A stretch of 62,243 nt of DNA, filler included, from Stramenopiles sp. TOSAG23-6 (GCA_900128565.1; 19 parts of 19 records of this genome joined end to end with filler, not necessarily neighbours in it); one strand, 5' to 3'; counted from the whole stretch's first letter, positions 11,594-25,789 are shown. The notes: generated by a model not told the origin, from the sequence alone. Program-made: numbers and translations.

Positions 11594-12019
11594 ATGGTTC
11601 GTGTACCTGGTATAACTAATCTATTGACTAATGTACTATTTCGATTACCAAAATCTCATGGTATGACTTCCCGTAGTATGGGTAGTCACATAAAAATGCC
11701 AACATACAAGTTCGATCAGGAAACAAACAATGGCCCTGATGGTCCAAAAGTATGCTACAACCCGAATACTGCTGCTGGGCGGTCAAGTCCTAATGATTTA
11801 ACTCCAGTATTGGACAATAGTGCTACCAATGTATCACCTATAGAAGACGCCTTTCGTGGATATTACCCGGGTGATGAGGGTGGCCCAAAAGATGGTGAAT
11901 TTGCAAGACATAATAGAGGTTTACGACCTCCCAAAAATGTTGATTTTACTTTAATCAGTGACAAGTTTGACACATATGTAAAAGGGGACAAATCAAAAAT
12001 CTTGAAAGGTCCAAAATAA
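11594..12019 (+). CDS. Hypothetical 141-aa protein, possible mitochondrial presequence
   Basis: Clean ORF with coding-like composition. The N-terminus is basic and lacks acidic residues. No family recognised. Confidence 0.6.
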   Translation: MVRVPGITNLLTNVLFRLPKSHGMTSRSMGSHIKMPTYKFDQETNNGPDGPKVCYNPNTAAGRSSPNDLTPVLDNSATNVSPIEDAFRGYYPGDEGGPKDGEFARHNRGLRPPKNVDFTLISDKFDTYVKGDKSKILKGPK

Positions 12020-12173
12020 AGAATAAAGCATATATAATACATTCCCATGTGATAAATAATACACTGTATACTTTATAGTATATTTTATAGTTTTACAACA
12101 ACAACAACAACAAAAATCCAACAAAAAGTCAATTTTTAATTGTTTTTTTTTAGAAATTGTTTTTACTTTTTTT

Positions 12174-13025
12174 TCATTCACCACAGTAAATTGATAAATA
12201 CACTTCACCAAATCCATAGCAATGCAACATATTATGACTACTATATTTACGTAACGTTTGTTTCCTACGAATCATTTTTATTTGTGCAACAGCCTGTTCT
12301 TCCAACGATCCCATTCGAATCCAAACAAATTCTGGAATTTCTGGATTTTCATCATTGATATCAATGAGATCAACATTTGGTGAAATACCAGGTGTTTCTT
12401 CATTACACTTTTGAAAAGGTAAATTCAATTCATCTGAAATCAACTCTACTGTTACACCGTCTTGACGCAAACCTGTCAATTTTAATATAGAATTATACGG
12501 AATTGGACTGGATACATATATTGTGAAACAATATTTCAAAATTTTTTTACATGGTTAAGTACAGAATTTCATACGAAAAAAAAAAAAAAAAATTCCAACC
12601 CTAACCCTAATTCAAATTTTGAAAATGTACATGTAAACCATCTAATTGAATACGGCTAAATTTCCCTTTGCTAGTATTTGATATTTCTGGTTCTATACCT
12701 AATGATACAGAATATTTCATATTTATTAGATTATCAGTATTATCATATAAACCATCAGCATCACCAATAACTTCAACAAATGTATTGTGAAAATTAAAAA
12801 AAAAAAAAAAAAAAAGTGTTAGGTATGAAATTTACTATAAAAATTTTATACGAATTTTTTTTTTTTTTGGAAAATGAAAATGGAAACGTACATGCACTAA
12901 GAATAGGAGAATATAAAGTTGAGTCATTAGGGTTAGGGCTATCTTCATTGTTCACATTATTTGGTATTTCTTCTGCTGTATCACCAAACAGTTCAGCAAC
13001 TCCATCTGTTGCATATAACGTCGCA
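12174..13025 (-). CDS. Hypothetical multi-exon protein, 3' part
   Basis: Three coding-like blocks separated by family introns, with internal motifs near 12555, 12818 and 13059. Confidence 0.55.
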
Positions 13026-13189
13026 AATATTGTGAAAAAATATTTCAAAAAAAAAATCGTTAGGTACGAAATTTCATACCAAAAAAAAANNNNNNNNNNN
13101 NNNNNNNNNNNNNNNNNNNNNNNNNNNNNNNNNTTAATTAATTAANNNNNNNNNNNNNNNNNNNNNNNNNNNNNNNNNNNNNNNNNNNN

Positions 13190-16100
13190 TTTCTTTCTCT
13201 TATTTATCCGAGTATTTGTAGTATCATCTAGAAGAGCATCTTCAAGATGATTACTTCTTTTATGCATTTTAGATACCTTATTTTTATTTTTATGAGATGT
13301 TTTCCCACCATGTTTTGTTGAGGTCGAGTTCCTATTATTCTTATTTCTATGGGATCCTTTTTTTCTTTTCTTCTTTCTACCAGATTTTGAACGCTTCACC
13401 TCACGGCCGATTAAAGCTTCCATGTTATTAAGACGAAAATTGAAATGATTCAAAGATAATCTTCGTGTATTACATGTATTTTGAAAAACTATGTTTGAAG
13501 TTTTTAATTCGTTAGGTATGAAATTTCGTACTAAAAAAACAAATAAAATTCCTGGTGATAACGTACATAATCCAGATGCGTCATCATCAGCACCACGACA
13601 GTCCAATAAAGCCTTACAAGAATTCGTTTTTGACATTTGATTTTTTTTTTTGGTACTCTTCGAGTCATTATTTATTGGCAGATTATCAATTTTATTAGAA
13701 TGTCCAGCAATTACAAATAAACCTTCAGCAGACGACATGTATTTTGGGAAAATATTTCAATTGTTTTTTGTGAGGTACAAAATTTACTATAAAAAAAAAT
13801 CGATTTTTTTGTTTAAAAAAAAAATAAAACATACATTGACATATTTCCTTTTTGTGGTGAACTTTGAGAGCTGAGTTCAAAATGCTGGCTAGATGTAGAT
13901 GTCTCCGGAAAGTTTTGAATTCTGTCACATTCCATATCATCTCCCTTTTTGTTTGAAATCTCTGTAGAATCTGTGGCTAATTCACTGTAATTTGTATCAC
14001 TTTCAGCAATTTTCTTTTCGTTGTATCTTTTTTTTTCATCACTACTATATTTTGGAAAAATATTTCAAAACTTTCTTAAAAAAAAAAATTGTTAGGTACA
14101 ATATTTTTATAAAAAAAAAAATCATACAAAAAAAAATAAAACATACATATGTTGGGCTGAAGAATTACAGTCTAAGTTTGCTCGTAAAGTAATAGGTACA
14201 TCGACATCTAAGTAGTTGTATAACTTTGATAATGTTTTAGGTAATTTGTTTTTAAAAATAAAAAGAGGCCATCGAGATAAAACATGTATTTTGGAAAAAT
14301 ATTTCAAAAAAAATCGTTAGGTACAAAATTGCGTACGAAAAAAAACTCGAATTTAAAAAAAATTAAAACATACCTCAGCTAGACTCGGCAGTTGTGTAAC
14401 ACCAGAATCAAGAAGAAGAGAGATGCGACCAAATAATTGTCTTATTTCCTTACGCACACTACGAGACACAGGATCTTTTGGTAATGCAAGTTCAAAGCGT
14501 AAAAGAATCTGTATTGTATACTCAATAATAGCCTCGTATGATTTTAGAGTAATAAAATTATTTTCTGTAGTACAATCCGCATTCGATTCAGGGCATTCAT
14601 TTTCATTGTGTACGACTACACTTGATTTTATATCAAATATTCCAATAGGTGGATACATTTTAGCTAACTGTAAACGAGATTTGATCAAATTCAAACGAAT
14701 CCAAGTAAATATTTTTTCTCTGGGGTTTTCTATAGACAATTGTTTATTTCGTGTAATAGTTTCGATTGCATCAGGAATAGCATGTAAGATAAAATAAGAA
14801 GGATCACTCGTATACTTTGGAGTTCCTTCCAAAATAGAACTGTCCGAAAGCAATTCTCGAAATAATTTCGACCCATTGGAAATAATCAAATTATACTTTT
14901 CTTGAAGATCCTCAAAAATCTCTTCGATACGATCAAATTTTCCTTCATTTTTGTTTTCATTATTTACATGGATCGTTGTATCATGATTTCCTTCATTTTT
15001 GTTTTCATTATTTACATGGATCGTTGCATCATGATTGGATATGTTGATACATTTTTCACAGTTTGTATTAGGGTTAGGGTTACTCAACATTGTCGTCGGA
15101 CATTCAGACAATGTTTCATTGTATTTATTTTGTATTTCAGAATTATCTAATAAATTTTGTAAATCTTCTTCAGATGGAAAATTAGATGAGAAACATTTGA
15201 TGGAGGAAGTTTTTTGATTTCCGTCAAATTTCTCTACTTTTTTATCATTTTTATTCTCCATATACATTTTCTCTAATTCATTCTGCAATTGTTGGAAACG
15301 TTCAACTTCTACATTTGGTGTACTATTAATAATATCAATAGATCCAATGATTGCACTATTTCTAATTGATTTATCTGATATTTTCGTCTGTACATTAATA
15401 GGTGTTTTCATCACAAAATCGTTATCGGAGGTATTCCTATTTGTTGTCAGGGAAGTTTCGTTTTTTAATGTGATTGGCTCAAGAGAATCTGACAATGTAT
15501 CAGGTGAATCAAGTGCACTTTGTAAGGCTGTTGGAAAATGACGCGGTATATGTATTATGAAAAATATTTATTTTAGTCAAAAAACATTATTAAGTACGAA
15601 ATTTTCTACCAAAAAAAAAGTTATACCTAAGAAAAAACATACATTTGAAAAATTGAAATAAACGATGAAATAAATGATGAAAACATACATAATGATATGT
15701 ACAAGGTTTGTTTCTTGACATTGTTTTATCTATAGTAATGTCGTGTGCCGAATGAGAAGATCGTAGCGCTAAATCGTCTATTAAGTGAGGACAAAATTGA
15801 ACATTTTTACATTGACTAAACACAACTGATAGTAAGTTTTGTGGGTTTTGAGGAGATATTTTTTTGATTTTCAAGTCATCTGAATGTAAATGTGTAACGT
15901 TAGGGTTATTCGTTGTAGTTGGTTCAATTGTATCATCACGCGACGTATCTACACGGGACACATTTGAAAAAACTAATGGAATACAATCTTTTACAAAATT
16001 CGTCTTTTTTTTTGGTGTTTTTGTTTTCACTGGTATTTGAAATTCATTTTCCTTCCAAATTGCCATTGGCGATACATTAAATGCACTAGATGTAGATTGA

Positions 16101-16379
16101 ACTTCTCTTATTATTCCAATGGTATTTGATAATGGGAATAATAGCAAAGTTGTTCCTATTCTCATGAAAGAATTAAACTTTTGTTTTTCATGTTTTTCAT
16201 TTGTTTTTTTGTTGTTAAGGTTAGGGTTTGAATCTTCCTTTGAAACGTCAAGAATAGCACAGAAACCAACATGAAGCAATCGAGTTAGTAATATAGAAAG
16301 ATTGCCTTTATTAGTAAAATTACTTACAGTAGAAGAATACTTTAAATATTTTTTTTCCTTTTCATTCAAAGGAGATTCA
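13190..16379. repeat. Second copy of contig 6600-9795 (Treslin-like gene), allelic or assembly variant
   Basis: Same ORFs offset by 6590. Visible differences cluster in the last ~350 bp: several substitutions and a 6-bp indel in a TTAGGG tract. Confidence 0.95.
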
Positions 16380-16479
16380 NNNNNNNNNNNNNNNNNNNNN
16401 NNNNNNNNNNNNNNNNNNNNNNNTTAATTAATTAANNNNNNNNNNNNNNNNNNNNNNNNNNNNNNNNNNNNNNNNNNNN

Positions 16480-16524
<45 letters not shown>

Positions 16525-16541
16525 TTTTTTTGGGAAAAAAA

Positions 16542-16585
<44 letters not shown>

Positions 16586-16589
16586 ATAC

Positions 16590-18460
16590 ATTGTAAACTT
16601 GAAGTTGCAACTGTATCTTTTGTACCAGATACTACAGTTAAAGGAGAAAACTGTATATTCCATAATAATGGCTTCCATTTTAAGGGACTCTGTGTTGTTT
16701 TAAAAAAAAAATTCAAAAATTTGTTAGGTATTTTTTTGAGTTTTTTGAGAAAAAAAAAATTTATCCAAAAAAAAAAAAAAAATATGTACAACATTTGAAA
16801 AAAAAAAACCTACAAAATATCCAATTTTACCACCCACAAAAAAAGACTTTATGAGTGAAACTATATTCGAATGTTTAAGCATTCCTACAGTCACCATATC
16901 AATAGTGCTTTTGTTGAAAATACTTAACACTAAAACTTTGAGGTCAAGTGCATTGATTGTTGCTTTTAGAACAACAGTTTTGTCCACAACGGTTGTAGAG
17001 CCTAAGTCTAAGAAAACGCCAAAATGTAATTCAATAGAAACATCTTTAAATTCTAATTGACTTTCAAAAGCTTCAGAACTTTTTGTATAGAACAAATCTG
17101 CCGTCAGAAAAGAATCTAAATTAAACACTTTAAGTTTCTTCACTGATATTATTAGATTACTCCTTTGATCATTTCGTTGTTGATCAACACCAAGCGTTAA
17201 CCTTTGTGTACCAGTCAAGAATTTAAAGAAATCAAATTTCTGAACAGTAGCACCTTGTTGAGCCGCTGGTTCTGGTTGAGCCGCTGGTTCTGGTTCATTC
17301 CTAATTAATAGTTGAGCCACTGGTTCTGGTTGAGCCGCTAGATCTGGAACCACATTTGCATTCCTAATTAATAGTTGAGGCGGATTCTCATTCTCCTCAT
17401 CTGCTGGCAAGATAGGAATGTCATTGTTAGGATCCAATTTTCCCGATGATTCAAAGACAAAACATGATTGAGCACTAGGGTTTGTAGATGAAGAGAAATC
17501 GTCACATTGCGTAAAGAGATTACGTATAATAGCGCTGATTTTGAGTTGCTCAGATTTTCCAATGGTCTCACCTAACACATCAGATATGTCTGTCGCAGTA
17601 GACTTGAGCCACTGTATTTCAATATTATACGGATCAACTGCATCGAACTGATTCTTAGCGATTAAATCGTCTTTAAAAGCAGTGACATTGTCCTCCAGTA
17701 GTGTTATATCTGGTTCTTCTGACAAACCAAAGTCAGCTTCACGACTATTCGTGTAACTTCCAAAAAATTGATCTACAGATTGCAACAATTTCTTCCCTCG
17801 TGTCATACCAAGTGGCACAAGAGTGTTGCATATAATTGAACTTAGAGGAAGAGTGTTTTGGAGAGCTCTACTGACAAGACTGAGGTCTTTTATTGAGACA
17901 TTCTTCACATGACAATGCTTCACGTTTCCTACGTCGTTTGGTAAAGACAGTTGCTCTTTAGACACCAATGATAAAGTTAAATCTACCGAAACGTTATCTA
18001 TCCCCCAAGTTGTATACGATTCCAAGATGGTTCTGGGCGCTGTTCCGCGCTCTTTAAACAACTCCAGAGTGAATGCCCCAGTGATCTTGATACTGAGGTC
18101 TCGTTCTGCCCTTCCATCAGAAATGAGCAGTCGGGAAGGGTCAATATCTAGTTGTGATAGCTTCAGATCCCTAATATGTAGTTTCTTGATATCTTTTAAT
18201 CCTGTCCAAGACATTGCAGAATCAACTGCAGAATTAACACGAGAACCAAACCACCCCCTTTCACTACTCGCGGTGGAGTCGGTGGAGTCGGTGGGGTCGG
18301 TGGAGTGTAAAGAAATAAGCGGGAACTTTACAGTGTTCAATACTTTGTTGAGATCTCCAAAAGGTTCCGAGACAACGCATTGAAGAATATAAAGGACCGA
18401 CAGTAACACAACTACATATCGTTGATGAGCAAAAGTACGCACGCGTCGGTGGAAATACAT
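16590..18460 (-). CDS. Hypothetical signal-peptide or membrane-anchored protein, 3' truncated
   Basis: Long ORF with a hydrophobic segment VVVLLSVLYILQCVVS, beta-rich segments and internal AAQPEP repeats. Ends in family introns. Confidence 0.7.
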
Positions 18461-18894
18461 CGTTTTTGAGGGACGAGAATTCCAAGCTTTGTTGCTTTTG
18501 TTTCTTTCTTGTTTCTTTTGTGTTTTTGTTACAGTTTTACACCAGTACCATAGACAAAACCAGGAAATATAGTCAGTCATTTTTGCTGAGATCATTTTAT
18601 TATTTTAAGTACGAAATTTCGTATATATACGAATTTGTGATCAACGATCAAATTCGTTTTGACAGGAACTAAAAAATGGGTACCGGGTAACATTTTGTAC
18701 GTGGGAAACCGGGTATCCGAAGAAGATATCCGTTAAAAATCAAAAACGAATCTTTTACTCTTCTGTATAAGGTGGGAAAGCTATACCCTTTATTCCAGAG
18801 ATATTCATCTATTTGACATTTGCTTTCGTTTAAAAGTTATCAAATACATTACAAAGCAGCTGAGCTGTAGTACTACCTTTATTTCAATCGTTCA

Positions 18895-19669
18895 ATGGAG
18901 GAAAAATACCGAGAAGAAGCTGATAAAGACTTTTCAGATCTTCAACTTAGTAAGGAGAGAAACTTACTTGAAAGGGCAAAAGCGCAAGAAAAAGAAATAA
19001 AGCGTGCGCTTGAAAGAGAAGTAGCTAAACTAGAACAGGATCGAGAAAAGAAATATTATGAAGATAAATTCAATAATTTGTCGACCCCCAACGTGAGTCC
19101 CACACACTCGATGGAACAATTGACGGCAAGGGACGCAAAAGAACAAGAACGACAAAATCAAATTCTGTTTCAATTGCAGAGAGAAACAGATATGTCCGAC
19201 AAAGGAATATGGAACAAAGAACCAATTCTACTGGAGTTACAGAAAGAAAGACAAAAAAATATGGACCTTTTAGAGGAACAAAGACGACTCTTAAAAGAGA
19301 GAGACAAAGAATCGCAGCTTCTATTAGAACTGAAGAGGGAGAGAAATGCCAATGTGTCCCTTTTAGAAAAAGAAAAACAATCATTATTGGAAAGACAAAA
19401 AAAGGTGATTCGTGAACAATCATTATTGGAAAGACAAAAAAAGTTGACTCGTGAAAGAGAATTAGGGATTATCAGTCAAGCAAATTATGATGAACGGGAA
19501 GCAAACCTTTTATCAGATTTGAAAACAGAAAGAGCGAAAAATACAGCCTTTGAAAATGCTTTATTGCAGAAAGACCGAGAGATTGCGAGGAGAGCAAAAG
19601 ATCAAGAACGGGAAGCAAAACTTGATTTGAAGAGAGAGAGGGACAAAAATGTAGCTTTTTTAAAAGAAG
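18895..19669 (+). CDS. Coiled-coil E/K/R-rich hypothetical protein, 3' truncated
   Basis: Open frame to the contig end with repeated LLxELxxER heptads. Confidence 0.7.
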
Positions 19670-19769
19670 NNNNNNNNNNNNNNNNNNNNNNNNNNNNNNN
19701 NNNNNNNNNNNNNTTAATTAATTAANNNNNNNNNNNNNNNNNNNNNNNNNNNNNNNNNNNNNNNNNNNN

Positions 19770-19814
<45 letters not shown>

Positions 19815-19831
19815 TTTTTTTGGGAAAAAAA

Positions 19832-19875
<44 letters not shown>

Positions 19876-22800
19876 ATACATTGTAAACTTGAAGTTGCAA
19901 CTGTATCTTTTGTACCAGATACTACAGTTAAAGGAGAAAACTGTATATTCCATAATAATGGCTTCCATTTTAAGGGACTCTGTGTTGTTTTAAAAAAAAA
20001 ATTCAAAAATTTGTTAGGTATTTTTTTGAGTTTTTTGAGAAAAAAAAAATTTATCCAAAAAAAAAAAAAAAATATGTACAACATTTGAAAAAAAAAAACC
20101 TACAAAATATCCAATTTTACCACCCACAAAAAAAGACTTTATGAGTGAAACTATATTCGAATGTTTAAGCATTCCTACAGTCACCATATCAATAGTGCTT
20201 TTGTTGAAAATACTTAACACTAAAACTTTGAGGTCAAGTGCATTGATTGTTGCTTTTAGAACAACAGTTTTGTCCACAACGGTTGTAGAGCCTAAGTCTA
20301 AGAAAACGCCAAAATGTAATTCAATAGAAACATCTTTAAATTCTAATTGACTTTCAAAAGCTTCAGAACTTTTTGTATAGAACAAATCTGCCGTCAGAAA
20401 AGAATCTAAATTAAACACTTTAAGTTTCTTCACTGATATTATTAGATTACTCCTTTGATCATTTCGTTGTTGATCAACACCAAGCGTTAACCTTTGTGTA
20501 CCAGTCAAGAATTTAAAGAAATCAAATTTCTGAACAGTAGCACCTTGTTGAGCCGCTGGTTCTGGTTGAGCCGCTGGTTCTGGTTCATTCCTAATTAATA
20601 GTTGAGCCACTGGTTCTGGTTGAGCCGCTAGATCTGGAACCACATTTGCATTCCTAATTAATAGTTGAGGCGGATTCTCATTCTCCTCATCTGCTGGCAA
20701 GATAGGAATGTCATTGTTAGGATCCAATTTTCCCGATGATTCAAAGACAAAACATGATTGAGCACTAGGGTTTGTAGATGAAGAGAAATCGTCACATTGC
20801 GTAAAGAGATTACGTATAATAGCGCTGATTTTGAGTTGCTCAGATTTTCCAATGGTCTCACCTAACACATCAGATATGTCTGTCGCAGTAGACTTGAGCC
20901 ACTGTATTTCAATATTATACGGATCAACTGCATCGAACTGATTCTTAGCGATTAAATCGTCTTTAAAAGCAGTGACATTGTCCTCCAGTAGTGTTATATC
21001 TGGTTCTTCTGACAAACCAAAGTCAGCTTCACGACTATTCGTGTAACTTCCAAAAAATTGATCTACAGATTGCAACAATTTCTTCCCTCGTGTCATACCA
21101 AGTGGCACAAGAGTGTTGCATATAATTGAACTTAGAGGAAGAGTGTTTTGGAGAGCTCTACTGACAAGACTGAGGTCTTTTATTGAGACATTCTTCACAT
21201 GACAATGCTTCACGTTTCCTACGTCGTTTGGTAAAGACAGTTGCTCTTTAGACACCAATGATAAAGTTAAATCTACCGAAACGTTATCTATCCCCCAAGT
21301 TGTATACGATTCCAAGATGGTTCTGGGCGCTGTTCCGCGCTCTTTAAACAACTCCAGAGTGAATGCCCCAGTGATCTTGATACTGAGGTCTCGTTCTGCC
21401 CTTCCATCAGAAATGAGCAGTCGGGAAGGGTCAATATCTAGTTGTGATAGCTTCAGATCCCTAATATGTAGTTTCTTGATATCTTTTAATCCTGTCCAAG
21501 ACATTGCAGAATCAACTGCAGAATTAACACGAGAACCAAACCACCCCCTTTCACTACTCGCGGTGGAGTCGGTGGAGTCGGTGGGGTCGGTGGAGTGTAA
21601 AGAAATAAGCGGGAACTTTACAGTGTTCAATACTTTGTTGAGATCTCCAAAAGGTTCCGAGACAACGCATTGAAGAATATAAAGGACCGACAGTAACACA
21701 ACTACATATCGTTGATGAGCAAAAGTACGCACGCGTCGGTGGAAATACATCGTTTTTGAGGGACGAGAATTCCAAGCTTTGTTGCTTTTGTTTCTTTCTT
21801 GTTTCTTTTGTGTTTTTGTTACAGTTTTACACCAGTACCATAGACAAAACCAGGAAATATAGTCAGTCATTTTTGCTGAGATCATTTTATTATTTTAAGT
21901 ACGAAATTTCGTATATATACGAATTTGTGATCAACGATCAAATTCGTTTTGACAGGAACTAAAAAATGGGTACCGGGTAACATTTTGTACGTGGGAAACC
22001 GGGTATCCGAAGAAGATATCCGTTAAAAATCAAAAACGAATCTTTTACTCTTCTGTATAAGGTGGGAAAGCTATACCCTTTATTCCAGAGATATTCATCT
22101 ATTTGACATTTGCTTTCGTTTAAAAGTTATCAAATACATTACAAAGCAGCTGAGCTGTAGTACTACCTTTATTTCAATCGTTCAATGGAGGAAAAATACC
22201 GAGAAGAAGCTGATAAAGACTTTTCAGATCTTCAACTTAGTAAGGAGAGAAACTTACTTGAAAGGGCAAAAGCGCAAGAAAAAGAAATAAAGCGTGCGCT
22301 TGAAAGAGAAGTAGCTAAACTAGAACAGGATCGAGAAAAGAAATATTATGAAGATAAATTCAATAATTTGTCGACCCCCAACGTGAGTCCCACACACTCG
22401 ATGGAACAATTGACGGCAAGGGACGCAAAAGAACAAGAACGACAAAATCAAATTCTGTTTCAATTGCAGAGAGAAACAGATATGTCCGACAAAGGAATAT
22501 GGAACAAAGAACCAATTCTACTGGAGTTACAGAAAGAAAGACAAAAAAATATGGACCTTTTAGAGGAACAAAGACGACTCTTAAAAGAGAGAGACAAAGA
22601 ATCGCAGCTTCTATTAGAACTGAAGAGGGAGAGAAATGCCAATGTGTCCCTTTTAGAAAAAGAAAAACAATCATTATTGGAAAGACAAAAAAAGGTGATT
22701 CGTGAACAATCATTATTGGAAAGACAAAAAAAGTTGACTCGTGAAAGAGAATTAGGGATTATCAGTCAAGCAAATTATGATGAACGGGAAGCAAACCTTT

Positions 22801-22959
22801 TATCAGATTTGAAAACAGAAAGAGCGAAAAATACAGCCTTTGAAAATGCTTTATTGCAGAAAGACCGAGAGATTGCGAGGAGAGCAAAAGATCAAGAACG
22901 GGAAGCAAAACTTGATTTGAAGAGAGAGAGGGACAAAAATGTAGCTTTTTTAAAAGAAG
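19770..22959. repeat. Duplicate of contig 16480-19669
   Basis: Identical ORF set offset by 3290 and identical ends. Confidence 0.97.
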
Positions 22960-23463
22960 NNNNNNNNNNNNNNNNNNNNNNNNNNNNNNNNNNNNNNNNN
23001 NNNTTAATTAATTAANNNNNNNNNNNNNNNNNNNNNNNNNNNNNNNNNNNNNNNNNNNNCATAGGGATAAATCATTTGGCAATATCTAGTGACAATATTT
23101 GGTTGTTGTCTATTTGAAATGGGACAAGAACTTGGACTTGTTACAACGTAGGGTGTTCTTTATTTATGCTTAGGTAGGTTATAAAATGAATTCTGGATTG
23201 TGTTATTTGAGCTTGATTCTAAATGTGCAAATGTACATTAATTAAAATTCATATTTTTAATTTTTTGCTCTTTTTCTGTTTCTGCCTTATTTTCGATTAT
23301 TTCGATTTTTTATTTCGTTTGACCGAGGAAGGACTGACTGGAAAAAAACTAACTTCTCTTTGAAACCAAGTTCATTCGATTGACACGGGAAATAGCATTG
23401 TACCGAGTATTGAAAAATATTTAGATCTTGCACGTAATTGCCTTTCAAACTGTATTGAGCAAA

Positions 23464-24276
23464 ATGGGCACCCGGAAAAACAGACGACGAAAACGTCGAA
23501 CAAAGGCCACCACTGTGCTAACCTCAATGAAAACCTGTGGGAAAAATTCAGAATTTAAAGTCACGGTGCCCCGCTCGCCTAGTGCGCGTGATCTCATCAC
23601 ACTCTACAAAGCGTGTGTGGCTGAGCTGAGGTTGGAGAATAGTCACTTACAGCAAATAGTTATAGCATCTGCCGAAAAAGCAAAGGCAGAGGTCCTTGAA
23701 AAAGCAAAAACTCATGAGCTCATCGTTGACGATCCCACTGTAACCATGCGTATTCGCGAAGCTTTGCACCTCGAATACATGCGCGTAGCAACTACGACTA
23801 CATTTGAGGAATCCTCAGTTCCACCAGAAGTTGTCGTGAATGCTATGACTCAAGCATTGACAAAAGCTCCGCTTGAGGCACTAAAACGCGACGCGATAGC
23901 ATCAGGTCTGTTAGGAAAGATTGCTGAAGTACACGAGACGTTTGTCCTTGCAGAAAGACATCTCGTTACTATTGCGGTTGAAGGCAAAGCATCCGCTTTG
24001 GCGCGGGCAAAGAGAGAAAAAATGAGGCTCCAACTTTTGGCAGAGGTTGAGGAAGAACTAAAGGAAGAGATGGCTTCGCGGAACCCTGACGAACAGGCTC
24101 TTCTCCTAAAAAAAATAGCTTTGGAAGCGCAATGTTTAGTGGATCAACTCAAGGCTAGAGCTGCCACAGGTGAAGATGTAGATTTATATGTGATGGATAT
24201 CATGCCAGTAAAGGATCAGAGACCTCTTCTGAAGATGCAAACAGTCCAAACATTCATAAAAAAATTAGCCAGATAG
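23464..24276 (+). CDS. Hypothetical helical protein with basic N-terminus, intronless
   Basis: ORF from MGTRKNRRRKRR with relatively GC-rich codon usage. No family recognised. Confidence 0.65.
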   Translation: MGTRKNRRRKRRTKATTVLTSMKTCGKNSEFKVTVPRSPSARDLITLYKACVAELRLENSHLQQIVIASAEKAKAEVLEKAKTHELIVDDPTVTMRIREALHLEYMRVATTTTFEESSVPPEVVVNAMTQALTKAPLEALKRDAIASGLLGKIAEVHETFVLAERHLVTIAVEGKASALARAKREKMRLQLLAEVEEELKEEMASRNPDEQALLLKKIALEAQCLVDQLKARAATGEDVDLYVMDIMPVKDQRPLLKMQTVQTFIKKLAR

Positions 24277-24377
24277 ACAAGATGCAAACAATCCAAACAT
24301 TCATAAAAAAATTAGCCAGATAGACAAGATGCAAACAGTCCAAACATTCATAAAAAAATTAGCCAGATAGACAAGAT
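24232..24377. repeat. 47-bp tandem repeat x3 spanning the stop codon
   Basis: AAGATGCAAACAGTCCAAACATTCATAAAAAAATTAGCCAGATAGAC at 24232, 24279 and 24326, with one mismatch. Confidence 0.92.
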
Positions 24378-24754
24378 TATTTTTGAAAGGCTTTTAAAAG
24401 ATGGAGAATGGAATGTTCAATACGTAGAAATATTTATTTGTGACTGACAGTATGACATATTTATATGTCCTCCATTTTTTTTGCATTTGGTAAAGTGATA
24501 AATTAATGTTATAAATAGAAAAAAAAAAAATTTAATTTTTGANNNNNNNNNNNNNNNNNNNNNNNNNNNNNNNNNNNNNNNNNNNNNNNNNNNNNNNNNN
24601 NNNNNNNNNNNNNNNNNNNNNNNNNNNNNNNNNNNNNNNNNNNNNNNNNNNNNNNNNNACAACAAAACTCTCGGAGACTATGTCGAAACACAATTAACTA
24701 CTACTAGTACTTGTTATGTAGAAGCATGAATCATACCCCTAATCATCATACACA

Positions 24755-25390
24755 TCAACAACAACCTGCACGTTGTTGTGGGACTTCATCATCGACAATT
24801 CTTACAGTCCTTCTTTTATTGGCTTTCGGAGCTCCCAGTTCTTCACCAAATCGTCCACTACTACTTGATTTTGTCTCCTTCTGTTTTGTCAATAATAGTT
24901 TCTTTGTCAATTCGAGAAAGATTTCTTCTAAACCTCGATTTGTCTTTGCTGAGGTTAAAATGTGAACAGCTCCAATAGATTCACAATAACTCTCTGCTTC
25001 ACTGTGGGAAACATGACGATCTTTCTCTAAATCAGCTTTATTGGCTGCAATTGCAATAGGGATACTACGGTTCATTTTTCGAAGTTCTTTTACCCAATGT
25101 TTCACTCTAGTAAAAGACTCCGCATATGTAATATCATACACCAACAAAGCACCATCTGCATCACGATAATAAATAGGACCCAGTGCGTGAAACCGCTCTT
25201 GCCCAGCTGTATCCCAAATATTGAGTACAACAGCGTCACTACCGATATTTATTGTTTTACTCAAAAATGAAGCCTGTAAAGTTGACTGCATGGCTTCGTC
25301 ATATTTTCCCTTCACAAAGCGTACTACAATTGAAGTTTTCCCAACTCTACCTTCACCAAGTAAAACCAATTTTAGCTTCTCTCTCGGCAT
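24755..25390 (-). CDS. RAB21: Rab21 small GTPase, intronless
   Basis: GEGRVGKTS, STLQASF, WDTAGQERFHALGPIYYRDA, NKADL, TSAK and a C-terminal CC prenylation motif. Confidence 0.93.
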   Translation of the reverse strand: MPREKLKLVLLGEGRVGKTSIVVRFVKGKYDEAMQSTLQASFLSKTINIGSDAVVLNIWDTAGQERFHALGPIYYRDADGALLVYDITYAESFTRVKHWVKELRKMNRSIPIAIAANKADLEKDRHVSHSEAESYCESIGAVHILTSAKTNRGLEEIFLELTKKLLLTKQKETKSSSSGRFGEELGAPKANKRRTVRIVDDEVPQQRAGCC

Positions 25391-25789
25391 TCTATACTAT
25401 CAGATTCTATCAAATTTCTCTTCAATTCTAAGTCTCTCTGACGGACTCAAAGCAAATCAGAACTGACACAACCGGAACCGGTTATGGAATATGAGAGATT
25501 GTTCGAACTTCGAACGAACCATCTTCAAAGAAATTTATCAAAAAAATGACCAGCGTATAAATAATGATACCCGGTACCTGAAGAAAAAGTCAGCATTTGC
25601 CGGTAGAAAAATAAGAAGTNNGAGGGTCAATAGTAGCTAGACAAGGTGTACTACTTGGTCAGATAATTATTAATATAGCAACTCCCTGCTATTGGTCCCG
25701 ATTGTACTGTATGTTAGTATAGATACTGTATACCTCTATTTCAGGTGAATTAATCTTATAGCAATTCTATCAGTTGCTATTTTGTTAGA

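Noticed and set aside
16424-16794. Poly-F/poly-K short ORFs here and elsewhere (e.g. 120-437, 7402-7602, 53391-53681)
   Set aside because: Translations of homopolymer-rich intron or intergenic DNA, or antisense shadows of real exons.
16480-22959. Tandem gene duplication
   Set aside because: Two identical contigs separated by a linker, i.e. assembly redundancy.
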